DNA from: Octopus vulgaris
Taxonomy: Eukaryota
Direction of reading: 5' to 3'
DNA length: 64,000 nt
NCBI GenBank assembly: GCA_951406725.2
Contig: OX597820.1
Span: 15,500,001-15,564,000 of the forward strand
Shown: positions 12,987 to 25,784 of the stretch, piece by piece
Layout: every line of letters starts with the position of its first letter
Position numbering within the stretch: position 1 is the stretch's first letter
The notes under the pieces: generated by a model
What the model was told of the DNA's origin: nothing
What the model saw: only the letters and a program-made list of their open reading frames with translations
The model's database searches: none
Position numbers and translations under genes: made by a program

Positions 12987-13351
12987 TATTTGTATAAATG
13001 TGAATAGCCATGTAGCTTCTCTACAACATCAACCTGCTCTGCCTCACCTCCACTTGTACCTTAACCCTTGTCTCCTAGTATAAAGCTGCCCCGTCCATTG
13101 GGTTTCATGATTTTACAAGCTGCATTGTGACTTCACTGGTGCTAGTGACACAAAAAGCACCCAATACATGATGCAAAGTGGTTGCTGTTAGGAAGGGCAT
13201 CCAGTCATAGAAACCATGCCAAAGCAGAGAGTGGAGCACAATTCAGTCCTTGGACCTATCAAATCCTGTCAAACCATCTTACCCTGCCAGTATGGAACAG
13301 GGACATTAGATAAAGATGAGGATGCTGTATGTATCTGCATGTATGAAGAAT

Positions 13352-13652
13352 GTTTGTTCCTTCTCGAGCCATCCCTGGTTCATAAGGGCTAGTTTCCCGG
13401 TTTCCTTGGCTTATAGGTTCCCCACCTGGACGGGACGCCAGTCCATCGCAGGTGAGCAGCAAAATACAGGAGGAAAGAGCGAGAGAAAGTTGTGGCGAAA
13501 GAGTCAGCAGAAGTTCACCATTACTTTCTGCTGGAGCTGTGTGGAGCTTAAGTGTTTCGCTCATAAACACACACATCGCCCGGTCTGAGATTTGAACCCG
13601 CGATCCCTTGACCATGAGTCCGCTGCTCTAACCACTAGGCCATGTGCCTCCA
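13352..13652 (-). mobile_element. SINE family D (tRNA head, CCTGCGATGGACTGGCGTCCCGTCCAGG core)
   Basis: A-box TGGCCTAGTGG, B-box GGTTCAAATC; 13-bp TSD ATGTATGAAGAAT. Confidence 0.85.
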
Positions 13653-13981
13653 ATGTATGAAGAATAAAAAGTAATATTTATTATATTATAAAATTAAAAG
13701 ATAATCCATACAAAATGTTAATAAGAAATAAAAATGGAAATATGTACAATATTAATTTACTTGATTATGGCATTTAGAACTTTGTTGGCTGTGCAGAAAT
13801 GTGTAATCAGTATAAAATCTTTATCTCATAACTACTATAGCATAAATTACAATATGATTTTAAAATGTCATTAAATATCAACCTACCAAGCTATTATTTA
13901 ATATAGTACTTATTGGAAACACTATGTGTTCTTGTATGTAATATGACATTGATTGTTTTAATGTACACAACATATTAGAAA

Positions 13982-14332
13982 CTAGCACTATGACCCGGCG
14001 TTGCATGCATATACAGCTGCGTGCGTGCACAGATACACGCGAGTACTGTCCAAATCTCCAACCAATCACATACAGCTAGCTGGCATTCAATTGCCGTATC
14101 AAGTTTTGGGCATTTTTATTGGGTTTTGAATAGAAAATTCACAAAAAAGTCATTTCTATTGATTTTTTAATGGCTTTGTGGGGTGACAAGGGAAATGTAA
14201 AGATGTGCACAACCACCCTTGGACAGTTTTGAATGACCATAGAAAGTGCGAGCCCTCTAATTGAAAAATTGTGGATTTGTATAAAGGACACACACACACA
14301 CACAGACATTTTGCCGTTTATATATATAGAGA
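13982..14332 (-). mobile_element. Non-autonomous Helitron (family 2)
   Basis: Minus strand A|TCTCTATATATATAAACGG...GCAACGCCGGGTCATAGTGCTAG|T. Confidence 0.8.
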
Positions 14333-14429
14333 TTGTGATTGTTTTTTTCGCAAAGTAACAAAATTAATATTTTATATATAAAACAAATTCAGAAACTTAT
14401 AGTTTATCCGTATTTAATCTTGTAGTGCC

Positions 14430-14890
14430 CATGGACATATCATCAATAATGTTTCCTGGGATTATTAGGTGTTTTGGGTCTTTCAATATCAGACACACTC
14501 ACTGACGTGACTCAACTGGGGTCAATCAAGCCTCCGATTGTATCCAGTTAGCACTACCCATCCCATGGCTCACAACTTGTCATCCACAGCCACCTTCAGG
14601 TAATTTCTGCTGCCTCCACAACCAACCTGATGGCCTTCTGCCCACTGGCCCCAATGATACTAAGCATGATGTAAGCTCTACAGAGGGAATGGCCTGCAAA
14701 TACTCTGCCAACCACCTCAATAGGATTGCACCTTGCTTACCATCCACTGATTTAGCATAACTCTGCTAGCCCCAGCATATTTCCTTTTCATACTCTCATT
14801 CACCTCTTTGATGTGATTCTCTTGAAGAATGGAAAGTTCATAGAAAACCACCTATCTTGATCCTTCTGAGATCAATACCCTATCTAGCCT
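14430..14890 (-). mobile_element. HERO-like (R2 group) non-LTR retrotransposon 3' end, decayed REL endonuclease
   Basis: Reconstructed RLDRVLISEGSR*VVFYELS...KRKYA/LAELC*ISGW*ARCNPIEVVGRVFAGHSLCRAY...AIRLVVEAAEIT*RWLW, followed by a HERO-type 3'UTR (GTGTCTGATATTGAAAGACCCAAAACACC). Confidence 0.75.
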
Positions 14891-15699
14891 TAGGAAAAGA
14901 AGGAGATAATAGAAGATAATAGCAAAATATAAAGATGAGAATTAAAATTGGCATCAATGAATTGAGAATAAAATAAAATTCCAAAATATTCTTTAGCCTT
15001 ACCTAATGTTTTCTGTATTCTGGGACATTATGGAACCACTGAATATTTCATCTTATGAGGTGTAACATAAGCAGGTTAACCTACTGAAACCCAGCTCCCT
15101 CTAAGTTATATATTTGTTGCAAGGGAAAAAGCATATGACACCTACTTTGCAGGTCCTCTTCTATTATCGATCTTGCCCAGATGGGATATATTCATGAGAG
15201 CCCTACCTGCCAAACTTCTGGCCAGAACCTAATGGCAAATACACTGACCTCACACAGCAACTATGTCTGTTCCAAAAAACACTTGAAGGGAAAAGAGGCC
15301 CAAGCTGGTAGTCCTTCTGCTTACATAATGTCAGATCCCAATACATCTGACAAGTCCCTTTAGCCACTCACCTTATACTTCTGGTAAAGTCCTCACTTTC
15401 AGCCCCTCAATGTTCATTGTAAGGTTTGAACTCAACATTTAAGTTAATAAAACCTGTGTTTTGTACAGTGCACCATCAAAGCTGCACGATGCACATTTAC
15501 AGTTGATATGAATAAAATGTCTTATTCACTGAGTCAACAACAGTTAAAGCTCTGATACCATCGTTAAGTTCAAAGGTATAAGCAATAACCCCAGGCAGTT
15601 TCAGTGACACTCTGGTGAATTGTGTAGTTATGGACTCAACTAACATATCAGCTCCTGAGCCTCATTTCATTGTTTTACTCCAGAGTCTCAATGTTCCTT

Positions 15700-15918
15700 C
15701 CTAAACCATAGAGACTTATAGGGATGGTTTCCCAGATTCTCTGGTGTAAATACTTGTCCCTGGACAGGTCACACATTTTTGCCAGCTGAGTGGACTGGAG
15801 CAATGTAGAATGAAGTGATTTGCTCAAGAATACAATGCATTGCCCAGTCCAGGAATCGAAACTACAACCTTACAATCATGAATCCAACATCCTAACCACT
15901 AAACCACATGCCTCCACA
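15700..15918 (-). mobile_element. Diverged tRNA-derived SINE (family D-like)
   Basis: GGAGGCATGTGGTTTAGTGGTTAGG head and TTCGATTCCTGG B-box on the minus strand. Confidence 0.6.
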
Positions 15919-16699
15919 AAGAGTCCCAACGAGATATCTTAATTAATTTTGATATGAATGCCATAATATTTTTTCACTATATCATATATCTGACAAGGAT
16001 CACATGGATGGTGGTTTTTAGCCATGACCCATTGGGGGATCATTTGGTACCTTCTGTCTGGCTAATTATATTTTCTGTTTATTTTGTCTTTTATTTTACC
16101 TCATTACATAACGAAACTCTGTATGATATAAACGTGAAAGTCAATGACTAAAAGAAGAAACAGAAGAAATTTATAGAATACGGATAAAATAAAGATGTTG
16201 TTCTAGTGTACCGTAATCCCATATTTAAGCAATCGTAGCATGCCAGGTCCCAAAAGGCTCATAGAAAAGAAATAATGAGGTGACCCACTGAAGGGATGTG
16301 TGGCTCTTGCTAATAAACCACTCCAACCCTCCAGTGGGTTGTGAAGGAGCCAATATGTTAATAGTATTACTAATTCATTACACAATATGTAGCTATTTAT
16401 ATTCAAAACATGTTTCTAATAGGCAGGCTGTAGACAGATTAAAGAGTCTTTCATTATGACTATCGAGAATATTCTGAAAAAAGAAACAGTAATATGACAG
16501 TTGTGAAAACTAAGGTGATGGATTGCCATTCACATGGTTAAACGTTCAAAACTAGCTGCATTTCTAACCTCATGCCACCCAAGCAAGATACTTAACACTG
16601 AGAACCTAAAGCTGCTGAGGTGATAAAGACATAAAAAACACTTGCATTTCATTGTGGAGTGGATTATGGTGGGAAGAACAAGAAACTAGAAAGAATATT

Positions 16700-17240
16700 T
16701 GTGTCATCCATTAGACTGTGGCCGTGCTGGGGTTACAGCCTTGAAGGTTTTAGCTGAAGAAATTGACCCAGTGCTCACTTTTTAAAAGTTAGCACGCCGG
16801 GCATAATGCTTATCAGTATTTTGTCTGCCGTTACGTCCTGAGTTCAAATTCCGTCGAGGTCAACTTTGCCTTTCATCCTTTCGGGGTCGATGAAATAAGT
16901 ACCAGTTACACACTGGCGTCAATATAATCGACTTAATCCGTTTGTCTGTCCTTGTTTGTCCTCTCTGTGTTTAGCCCCTTGTGGGTAGTAAAGAAATAGG
17001 TACTTAATCCATCAATCTCCTTTGCCAAACTGTGAAGTTGCAAGGATGTAAACAAATCGACATTGGTTGTCAAATGGTAGTGGGAGACAAACACACACAC
17101 GTGACAGGCTTTCACTTAGTTTCCATCTACCAAATTCACTCACCAAGTACCGGTTGGCCCAAGGCAATAGAAGATACTTGCTCAAAGTGCTGTACAATGA
17201 GACTGAACCCAAGCTTCTTAACTACACAGCCATGCCTGCA
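16700..17240. mobile_element. SINE A (-) interrupted by SINE B (+, about 16788-17000)
   Basis: Family B body and tail nested in a family A body. Confidence 0.75.
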
Positions 17241-17479
17241 CCATGCAAATATCTTAGTTAAAAGCACCATCTTTTTTATTCTAAGAGGGAGGGAGAGAGA
17301 AAGAGAGAGTGGGGTATCATAGAATCAAAGATCTACACCAAAATGTTAACAGTAAATGAAATACAAATGTAGCTTGTATCACCATCTGGAGATTATCTTA
17401 ACTATATTTCCCTCTTCAGTTAAACAGTTAATTACAAGACAATATTTCCATTAATTCTTTGTAGTTTTTTTTTTTTCAC

Positions 17480-18312
17480 AAGACTAGCAATTCTCGGGGA
17501 GGGGGAGTAAGTTGATTATATCAAGCCCAGTGCGTAACTGGTACTTATTTTATCAACCTTGAAAGGATGAAAGACAAGGTCCACCTTGGTGGAATTTGAA
17601 CTTAGAACATAAAGACAGATGAAATGCTGCTAACCATTTTCCCCAGCTTGCTAACAATTCTACCAGCTTGCCACCTTATTCTTTATTCTTTTATTCTTTA
17701 TTTGTTTCAGTCAATTCGACTGCGGCCATGCTGGAGCATCGCCGTTAGTCGAACAAATCAATCCCAGGACTTATTCTTTGTAAGCCTAGTATTTATTCTA
17801 TCAGTCTCTTTTGTCGAACTGCTATGTTACAGGGATGTAAACACACCAACATTGGTCATCAAGCGATGGTGAGGGGACAAACACACACACACGTATGTAT
17901 ATATATGACAGGCTTCTTTCAGTTTCCATCTACCAAATCCACTCACAAAGCTTTGGTTGGTCTGAGGCTATAGTAGAAGGCACTTGCCCAAGATGCCACA
18001 CAATAGGACTGAACCCATAACCATGTGATTGGGAAGCAAGCTTCTTATTTCTTTATTGCCCACAAGAGGCTAAACATAGAGGGGACAAAAAGGACAGACA
18101 AAGGGATTAAGTCGATTACATTGACCCCAGTGTGTAACTGGTACTTAATTTATTGACCCTGAAAGGATGAAAAGCAATGTCAACCTTGGCGGAATTTGAA
18201 CTCAGAACGGCAGATGAAATACCGATAAGCATTTCGCCCGGTGTGCTAACGTCTCTGCCAGCTCGCCACCTTAGGTAAGAAGCAAGCTTCTTACCACACA
18301 GCCACTCCTGCA
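17480..18312 (-). mobile_element. SINE cluster: B, A, and B nested in the head of A
   Basis: Nested B 18048-18272 flanked by 15-bp TSD GAAGCAAGCTTCTTA (18033-18047 and 18279-18293). Confidence 0.85.
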
Positions 18313-18732
18313 CCTTTGTACAGACATATTAAAATTCCTTCCCAATAAACAGAAAGATGCACATCTTCCAAACTCTATTTCTAATAGATAATAGAATCAG
18401 TTACATCTTCCAGCTGCTAATGTTGAGATCAAAAAAATCAAAAAAAGTAAATAAATAAATAAAATAAATGAATAGATAAATCTCTCTATTTTTTTTATTT
18501 GTTTTAGTCATTTTGTACAGGAATGCTCTGGCATCACCTTGAAAGGTTTTAGTTGAACAAATCAATACCAGTTCTTATTTTTAAGCCTGATACTTATTCT
18601 ATCAGTCTCTGTTCTTGAAATGTCAGGTTACAGGGATGTATACAAACCAACACTGGTTATCAAACAGCTGGGTAAGAGGAACAAACATAGACATCAAAAT
18701 GCACGCGTGCACGCACACACACACACACACAC

Positions 18733-19110
18733 ATGCACTGGGATATGTAACACGCTGCCTAAATACCAATCTTGAGAAATTAGGCTTCTCAAAACCAGAA
18801 AAGAAAAAGCTGATTCAAAGACCACAGATCCGATCCATCACTGGAACTGTAAAAATCTGTAAAACTTTCCTGAAGTTTATCATTTAAATATATATGAGCA
18901 CATCTAGATATGCAAGTATAAGTATGAGACAGCACACATAAAACAAAACATTCGAATCTGCATGTATACAAACATACAAACAAACAAAAATACTCTGTTG
19001 TTGATGTTGAAATTCCAATGAAGGAGCCTTGGATTTAGAATAGAAACCAGCTCATTCTCTATTGGCAAGAAATCTTGAAACATAACTGAATAACGACATA
19101 CATACAGACA
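18733..19110 (+). mobile_element. R4/Dong-like REL-LINE 3' end inserted in the microsatellite of a SINE A
   Basis: ALGYVTRCLNTNLEKLGFSKPEKKKLIQRPQIRSITGTVKICKTFLKFII* then 3'UTR ending in CATA-like repeats; flanked by SINE A halves. Confidence 0.6.
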
Positions 19111-19196
19111 TACTTTGGGCTTCCACAGTTTTTGCCTACCAAATTCACTCATGAGATATTGGTCATCCCAGGGAGGATGTCTACCAATTATATTTC

Positions 19197-19372
19197 ATCA
19201 TCATCATCGTTTAACGTCTGCTTTCCATGCTAGCATGGGTTGGACAGTTTGACTGTGGGCTGGCGAACCAGCAGGCTGCACAAGGCTCCAATCTGATCTG
19301 GCAGAGTTTCTACAGCTGGATGCCCTTCCTAATGCCAACCACTCCGAGAGTGTAGTGGGTGCTTTTACGTGG
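19197..19372 (-). mobile_element. RTE-derived family C 3' fragment
   Basis: (CAT)n-CGTTTAACGTC...CTGGATGCCCTTCCTAA. Confidence 0.8.
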
Positions 19373-19654
19373 TGTATGTATGTATGTGTATGCATATACG
19401 TCTGTGTCTCTGTGTTCGAGCTGTGTTTGTCGTCCCGCCTCCACTTGACAACCAGTGTTGATTTGTTTACATCTCCCATAACTTAGCTGTTCAGCAAAAG
19501 AGATCAATAGAATGAATAACAACATTCAAATATAAGCACTGGGGTCAATTTATTTGACTAAACTATTCAAAGTGGTAACTTCACATGATAGCAATCCAAT
19601 GACAAACCAGTCAAAAAGAATATATATATTCTTTATTATATATTTCATGTTAGT

Positions 19655-19992
19655 GAAGGTGCATGGCTCAGTGGTTAGAGCATCAGGTTCACAATCACGA
19701 GATAGTGAGTTCGATATCTGGATCAAGCTGTGTGTTGTGTTCTTGAGCAAAACACTTTATTTCATGTTACTCCAGTTCACTCAGCTGTAGAAATGAATAG
19801 TGACGTCACTGGTGCCAAGCTGTATCGGTCTTTGCCCTTTCTCTTGGATAACATCAATGGCATGGAAAGGGGAAGTTGGTGTCCATGGACTGCTTGTGTT
19901 TCATAAATAACCTTGCCCAGATTTGTGACACAGAGGATAACTTTCTAAGTGCAATCCCATGGTCATTTGTGACTGAAGGGGGTCGTTACCCT
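19655..19992 (+). mobile_element. tRNA-derived SINE family E
   Basis: TGGCTCAGTGGTTAGAGC A-box, GAGTTCGAT B-box, TTCTTGAGCAAAACACTT core; similar heads at 27333-27440 and 63933-64000. Confidence 0.7.
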
Positions 19993-20574
19993 TTTATATA
20001 TTTCATGTTAATATTTTATAAAAACCTGCAAATCTATACTTATTTGAAGTTTTTAAATTTATTTAGTGGTCTCGTAGAAAGGTAAACTATTGTTCCAACT
20101 CAGGAATTTCCTGTACACTTTAGAGATATAAGATTCAAATAAGGTTACAAATATGCTTAATTTTCTGAGAATTACCAGGTAACACACATGCTAGTTACAA
20201 AACATCAACAACAAGCAGGATAGTAGAAAACAACAACAACAAGAGTAACAACAAATGAGAAGAGCAGAAACAACAATAACAAGTAGGTAACCCACAACAA
20301 TACCATAAAGAAGCCAAGACAATGATGCAACATTTTTGAGAATTCAACCTAGTCTGTTAATAAGATATCTGGAGTCTAATTCAAAGGAAACTGAAACAGA
20401 AAGTAGTCAGTTTCTGGTTGAGAATTGTTTGCTGTTAATAAGATGGATTCAATGTACTCTAGACAATATAGAGTTTATTTCATTATTGTTTACAATATTA
20501 CATTTAGCCTTTGTTATAACATTAAATAAATACATTCTTTTCAGAGTCTAGAAAATTGAGTTATAAAATAAAGG

Positions 20575-20733
20575 TGAAGGAGTAGTTGTGTGGTAAGTAG
20601 CTTGCTTACAAACCACATGGTTCCGGGTTCAGTCCCACTGTATGGTAACTTGGGCAAGTGTCTTCTACTGTAGTCGCGGGCCAACCAAAGCCTTGTGAAT
20701 GGATTTGGTAGATGGAAACTGAAAGAAGCCCAT

Positions 20734-20801
<68 letters not shown>

Positions 20802-21010
20802 GGTTGTGCGTCTGTGTTTGTCTCCCCACTATCGCTTGACAACCGATGTTGGTGTATTATTTATGTTCCTGTAACTTAACAGTTCAGTAAAAGAAATGGA
20901 TAGAATAAGTACTAGGTTTACAAAGAATAAATCCTGGGGTTGATTTGTTCGACTAAAGGCAGTGCTCAAGCATGGCCACAGTCAAATGACTAAAACAAAT
21001 AAAAGAATAA
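20575..21010 (+). mobile_element. SINE family A, full length
   Basis: Head, (TA)n and tail present. Confidence 0.85.
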
Positions 21011-21017
21011 TGTAAAT

Positions 21018-21237
21018 TTAACCGTTTGGCATTTAAACCAACCATATCTGGCCCAAATATTCTGGTTTTATGTTGAAATCAACCAGATCCAGCTCCTCAC
21101 ACCTACCCAACAATGTCAAAGATATACAATCACAGTATTGAAAATTTGAAGCTACAAGATAATACATGTTTAATTCAAAATAATGTAAATAAATAAGCAT
21201 TATATTGACGGAATAATCTGAACGCTGAAGGGTTAAG
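21018..21237. mobile_element. piggyBac-like MITE
   Basis: TTAA-CCGTTTGGCATT...AACGCTGAAGGG-TTAA. Confidence 0.7.
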
Positions 21238-21331
21238 ATTGCAATAATTTCCATAAAGACATGAAAAATTTTCTTGTAATCAGAACTATAGTCAACTTGT
21301 GGTGATGATTACTTTCATAAGCATAAGAGCT

Positions 21332-21495
21332 ACTAGTGTAGCTAGCTGGGGACAGTAGGGGTGGTCTGCCCCAGGTGGCACTTTTAAAGGGGCGACGCTT
21401 TTGGGTCTGCTCTGGGCAATATGTGTTTTTCGTAGGGTCTGGGGGTGTTAGATGGAAGGGCCACCCCGGGTGGCACACACTCTAGCTACGCTAAT
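21332..21495. mobile_element. hAT-like MITE
   Basis: TAGTGTAGCTAG...CTAGCTACGCTA termini; decayed relative at about 41447-41564. Confidence 0.55.
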
Positions 21496-23128
21496 CACGA
21501 GCTATATTTTGTAGAATGAGATTGTCATTTTTGACTGTTACATACTTTAGTAACCCTGGAAAGTTGAAAGGCAAATTCTACCCTGGCAAGATTTGAACTT
21601 AGAACAAAGGCGCATCCCTAAATACTGGAGAGATATTTTCTCAGCTATTCTAGAAATTCTACTACTTGCTTCTCTTCAATGATTTTAGCAATAATCATTA
21701 TAAGTTGCAGCCTAAAGCCCAAAGTAGTATAATACAATAATGAAGTATATTAGATATTTTTGCAGTATCATATCGTTAACTAATTAATTAGTCATACAAA
21801 CTCATTTCATTGAACTATAAGAACTAATGTGAATTAATTAAGCAAAATTTAAACAACATTAATTTTGTAATAAGTTGTGTAATCTGAACTGCATGAAGAA
21901 TTTTTTTTTTTTCGTATCGAAGTCATGTTACCAACTTGTTGCATTTGTTATGAATGGAGACTCTGTGTGTGTGTGTGTATAGACACACACACACATGTAT
22001 GCATGCATGTGTGAGTGTATATATTATTATATAAAAAACAAAAGACAGAGACAGGTGAGGGAACAAGAAACAACATAAAATAGAAGAGTCATTGACACTT
22101 CAAGCCTCATATTTTTTTCTTTACTTTAAATTTTTTCTTTACTTCAAGCCTCATATATAAACATACTCTCTATCTCATGCACACATGCACGCACACACGC
22201 ACGCACACACACACACAAATTATACAAGACAACCTTTTCCAAAATAAAATCTAGCCAATCCCAATAACCAATTTAAATTTTAAATATGGTATCTCAATAC
22301 CAAAAATTCCAGCAAATGAAGTTGGTATAAAGTCAGTCCTAAACTAAAATGTCAAAACATTCAGTAATTGAGATTTGTCTATCAGTCGACTGAATTACTT
22401 TTATAAATTATATTGAATAAAAATTATAGCAAGCTGAAAATTGATATCAAAAGTGATATCTAATAGATCGTATAAATTGATTTTAAAATAAGTTTGTTTT
22501 TATTATTTTTTCCACTTTACAGTACTTCTGTAGATCTTTAAAAATATTTAATAAAAAATACATCACTGTGTTTGTTTTAAAACAAATATTTTATTTAAAA
22601 TTATATTAAATAGAATGAATATTAGATATATAAGTTGAATTGAGTAGTATTATTAAATGCGATTTTGTTACTGTTTTGAAGGTATGTATGAAGAAATGAT
22701 TGAAATGAATATAAGATTATTTTTGTAAAGAAACAGGAAAAATTTCCAAAGTAAAGATGAGATTTTAAAATTACTAAGTTTACAATTTTGTATATGAATT
22801 TATTCACTCATTAAATTCAGTATACTTTCTGACATATGATTAATTCATCTACATTATTATCTGTCTATACATGTGTATAACTGCCTGTATGTGTAAAACT
22901 GCAGATATTTTCATTTGACTGTTAATTTGATGTTTACATTTATGTGTGTCTATTTGCATTTGTGAAAAATATATGTAAACAAATTTCTAAGAAATCATAA
23001 CTGTCTTTTGAGAAATATATGGAATAGAAGTGAAATTAATTTTTAAAAATGGGAGAAAACTGAAGAATGAATAAAAACAAATTAAATAACCAAAACATTA
23101 CACAAAAAAAAAAAATAATCAAACTTAC

Positions 23129-23137
23129 ATCCCCCAT
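23129..23137 (-). CDS. Candidate alternative first exon encoding MGD (phase-0 donor)
   Basis: GAAGAAACA-ATG-GGG-GAT|GTAAGT with strong Kozak context; upstream (CT)n/(CA)n UTR-like sequence and CCAAT motifs near 23965. Confidence 0.45.
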
Positions 23138-23376
23138 TGTTTCTTCTATAATCCAAATATAATTGGTAATAAATTAAATACTATTTGAAGAAATTTGGTA
23201 CTGACAGCCTCAAATAACATAAGTTTTAAGAATCTACAACTGTTCTGATAGACAATGCCAAGCAACTGTAGGGGTTGCTTGGCATTTTGAGGAAATAATT
23301 ATTCTGCTTGGAACAGTAGGTGGTAGAACCAAATGAGACCAAGTGTGTATGTGTGAGTGTATGTGTAGATGCGAGA

Positions 23377-23412
<36 letters not shown>

Positions 23413-25039
23413 AATATAGAGAGAGTGAAGGGAGAGAGAGAGAGTGGAGGGAAAGAGGAAGGGCAGAGGAATAAGGTAAAGTGGGAAAACATTCTAGTTT
23501 CATACTGTTAGACTAACTGTTGCACGAACTCGAAAAATAGAAAGAGAATAGAAGATTATCAACTTTCAACTTTGATTACTTAAAAAGCAAGTTAGTGAGA
23601 AGCGAAAAGAGAGTGAGAAAAGTGAGTGCCAAGAACTGGGAGGAATTCTCTGAATGGTAAAAATGTGGAATCTATCTCCACTGGCAGAGTGAATGTCAGT
23701 TCAGACACTAACAAAGAACATGCTAACTTTACTTTGGTAATAAGAGGGTGGGTGGGTGGGTGGAAGAAGAGAGGTGGAGGCAGCCGAGAAACAGATAGGA
23801 AATGTTCAAATGAAAAGTAAAAACTATACTACCATAATCATTATCTCTGCTGTTAGTAATTTCTCTTTTTCTGCGAGTAGGTCGATGCAAGTCTTGACCG
23901 AAGTAGAATAATAGGCGAATAAATGCAGCTAACAATAGGCAATTATGCTTTACTTAAACAGTCAGCCAATAGATCCAATTAACCACTTTTGGCACATGCT
24001 GATTGATAGTAGGCTGTGGTTAACAACCAGGTGAAAATATACACCTAATAAACACACCTCTAAATACCAACAGCAATTGTTTTAGCTATCAGTAATAAAT
24101 AGCAATTAAAAACAAATGAGAAAGTTTACAGTCAGAGGAATTATTTTTAGGTAAAATACTATTTGAAAAGGAAGGTTGCTTAATTATCAAGTAAATCATA
24201 TTTATAGGCCTTTCAAAGTGATATGATAATTCATCAATAGTAATTGGCCTTTCAAATCTTGCCAAATTATAATAATAAGTTACCGGAAACTGTCACACTT
24301 GAATGCTAATGAATTTCTAAATATAGGGTGTTATTTTCTTCCGGCTTTTAATCTAATTACAATCACTCCATAATTTTGAAGATAAAAAGTAAATATTATG
24401 ATCTTTTGATAACATGATGAAAGAAAAAACACCTTAGTACATCTCTATCATCACCATATTGATTTTTCTCAGGAAATATAGAAAACCAATACATGTTTAT
24501 AGATCAGTGATTTTGTGTTAGTATTTTGTAGATTACCTCCAGACATATTTTTGATGGTGTAATTGTTTCGTGTTTTAGGTTATATTTTCTTTTACTCACT
24601 CGCTTACGGTTGGACAGATCTATAAGTTTATAGAATTGTTTATTTGCTTGACTAAGTTACGTTATTAACAAAACCTCTCATACTAGAAGTAACTATCGCA
24701 AGAGCTCTACTCTATTAATTGAATTCCTTATATTGCACTAAACCATCACCTGGTAATAATGTTTCCTACCTTCTCAGGTGATGTTATAGAAATGTAATAA
24801 TTTAAGAAAAGCAGTGCAGATGCATATACATGTGAGATACAGAAAAACAGAGAGATTGTGTATATGAAATAACAAATTAGCTCTATAACAGGAGCTAACA
24901 AAACACAAGTAGCTACTTAAATTGATATTACAACACTAATCAAAAGTCAAGAATGGATTAAAACAAATTTTTACCAAAAAAGAAAAAATTGATTCGATAT
25001 ACATTGACTTTGAATTTATAAGCATAATTTATTGAGTGT

Positions 25040-25408
25040 GATCGTTACTTCATTGAGCGCGATCGTCACCTGCATTGCCTTACTGGCACTTGTGCCGGTG
25101 GCACGTGAACAAAACATTCGAGCGAGGTCGTCGCCAGTGCTGCTGGACTGACTCCCGTGCAGTAGGCACGTAAAAAGCACCATTTGAGCATGGCCGTTGC
25201 CAGTACCGCCAGATTGGCCCTCATGCCAGTGGCACGTAAAAGCACCCACTACACTCTTGGAGTGGTTGGCCTTAGGAAGGACATCCAACTGTAGAAACTC
25301 TGCCAGATCAGATTGGAGCCTGATGCAGCCATCTGGTTCGCCAGTCCTCAGTCAAATCGTCCAACCCATGCTAGCATGGAAAGCGGACGTTAAATGATGA
25401 TGATGATT
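25040..25408 (+). mobile_element. RTE-derived family C element
   Basis: GGCACGTAAAAAGCACC units, GGAAGGACATCCAAC, CCAACCCATGCTAGCATGG, (GAT)n tail. Confidence 0.8.
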
Positions 25409-25784
25409 ATAAGTATGCTATACATTCATTCATATGTGTGTGTATGAATGAATAATAAGGGGTGACCAAAAGGGTGAGGGATAGAAGTGGCATCCAATGA
25501 TAAAAGTACTGCCTCAGGAAAGCCATCTAATCAATGCCAGCATAGAGGAGCAATTGTAAAATGATAATGATGATGATGATAACTGACACTGCCACCACTT
25601 CATCATCATCATCACCATCATTTTATATCTACTTCATGGTGGCATGGGTTGAATGGGGTTATGGTTGGGTGCCATATTTTTCACAATACTCAGCCACCTC
25701 TTAAAAATACAGGGACATGCTGTAACCAACTATTAGGATCGTTTAGAGAGTGAAGCAGATAGGGTGACACCCTAGGTCCTACCC

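Noticed and set aside
19015-19065. CCAATGAAGG...GAAACC hammerhead-like trace in the R4-like 3'UTR
   Set aside because: Core positions U4/G5 are absent and the stems are not convincing.
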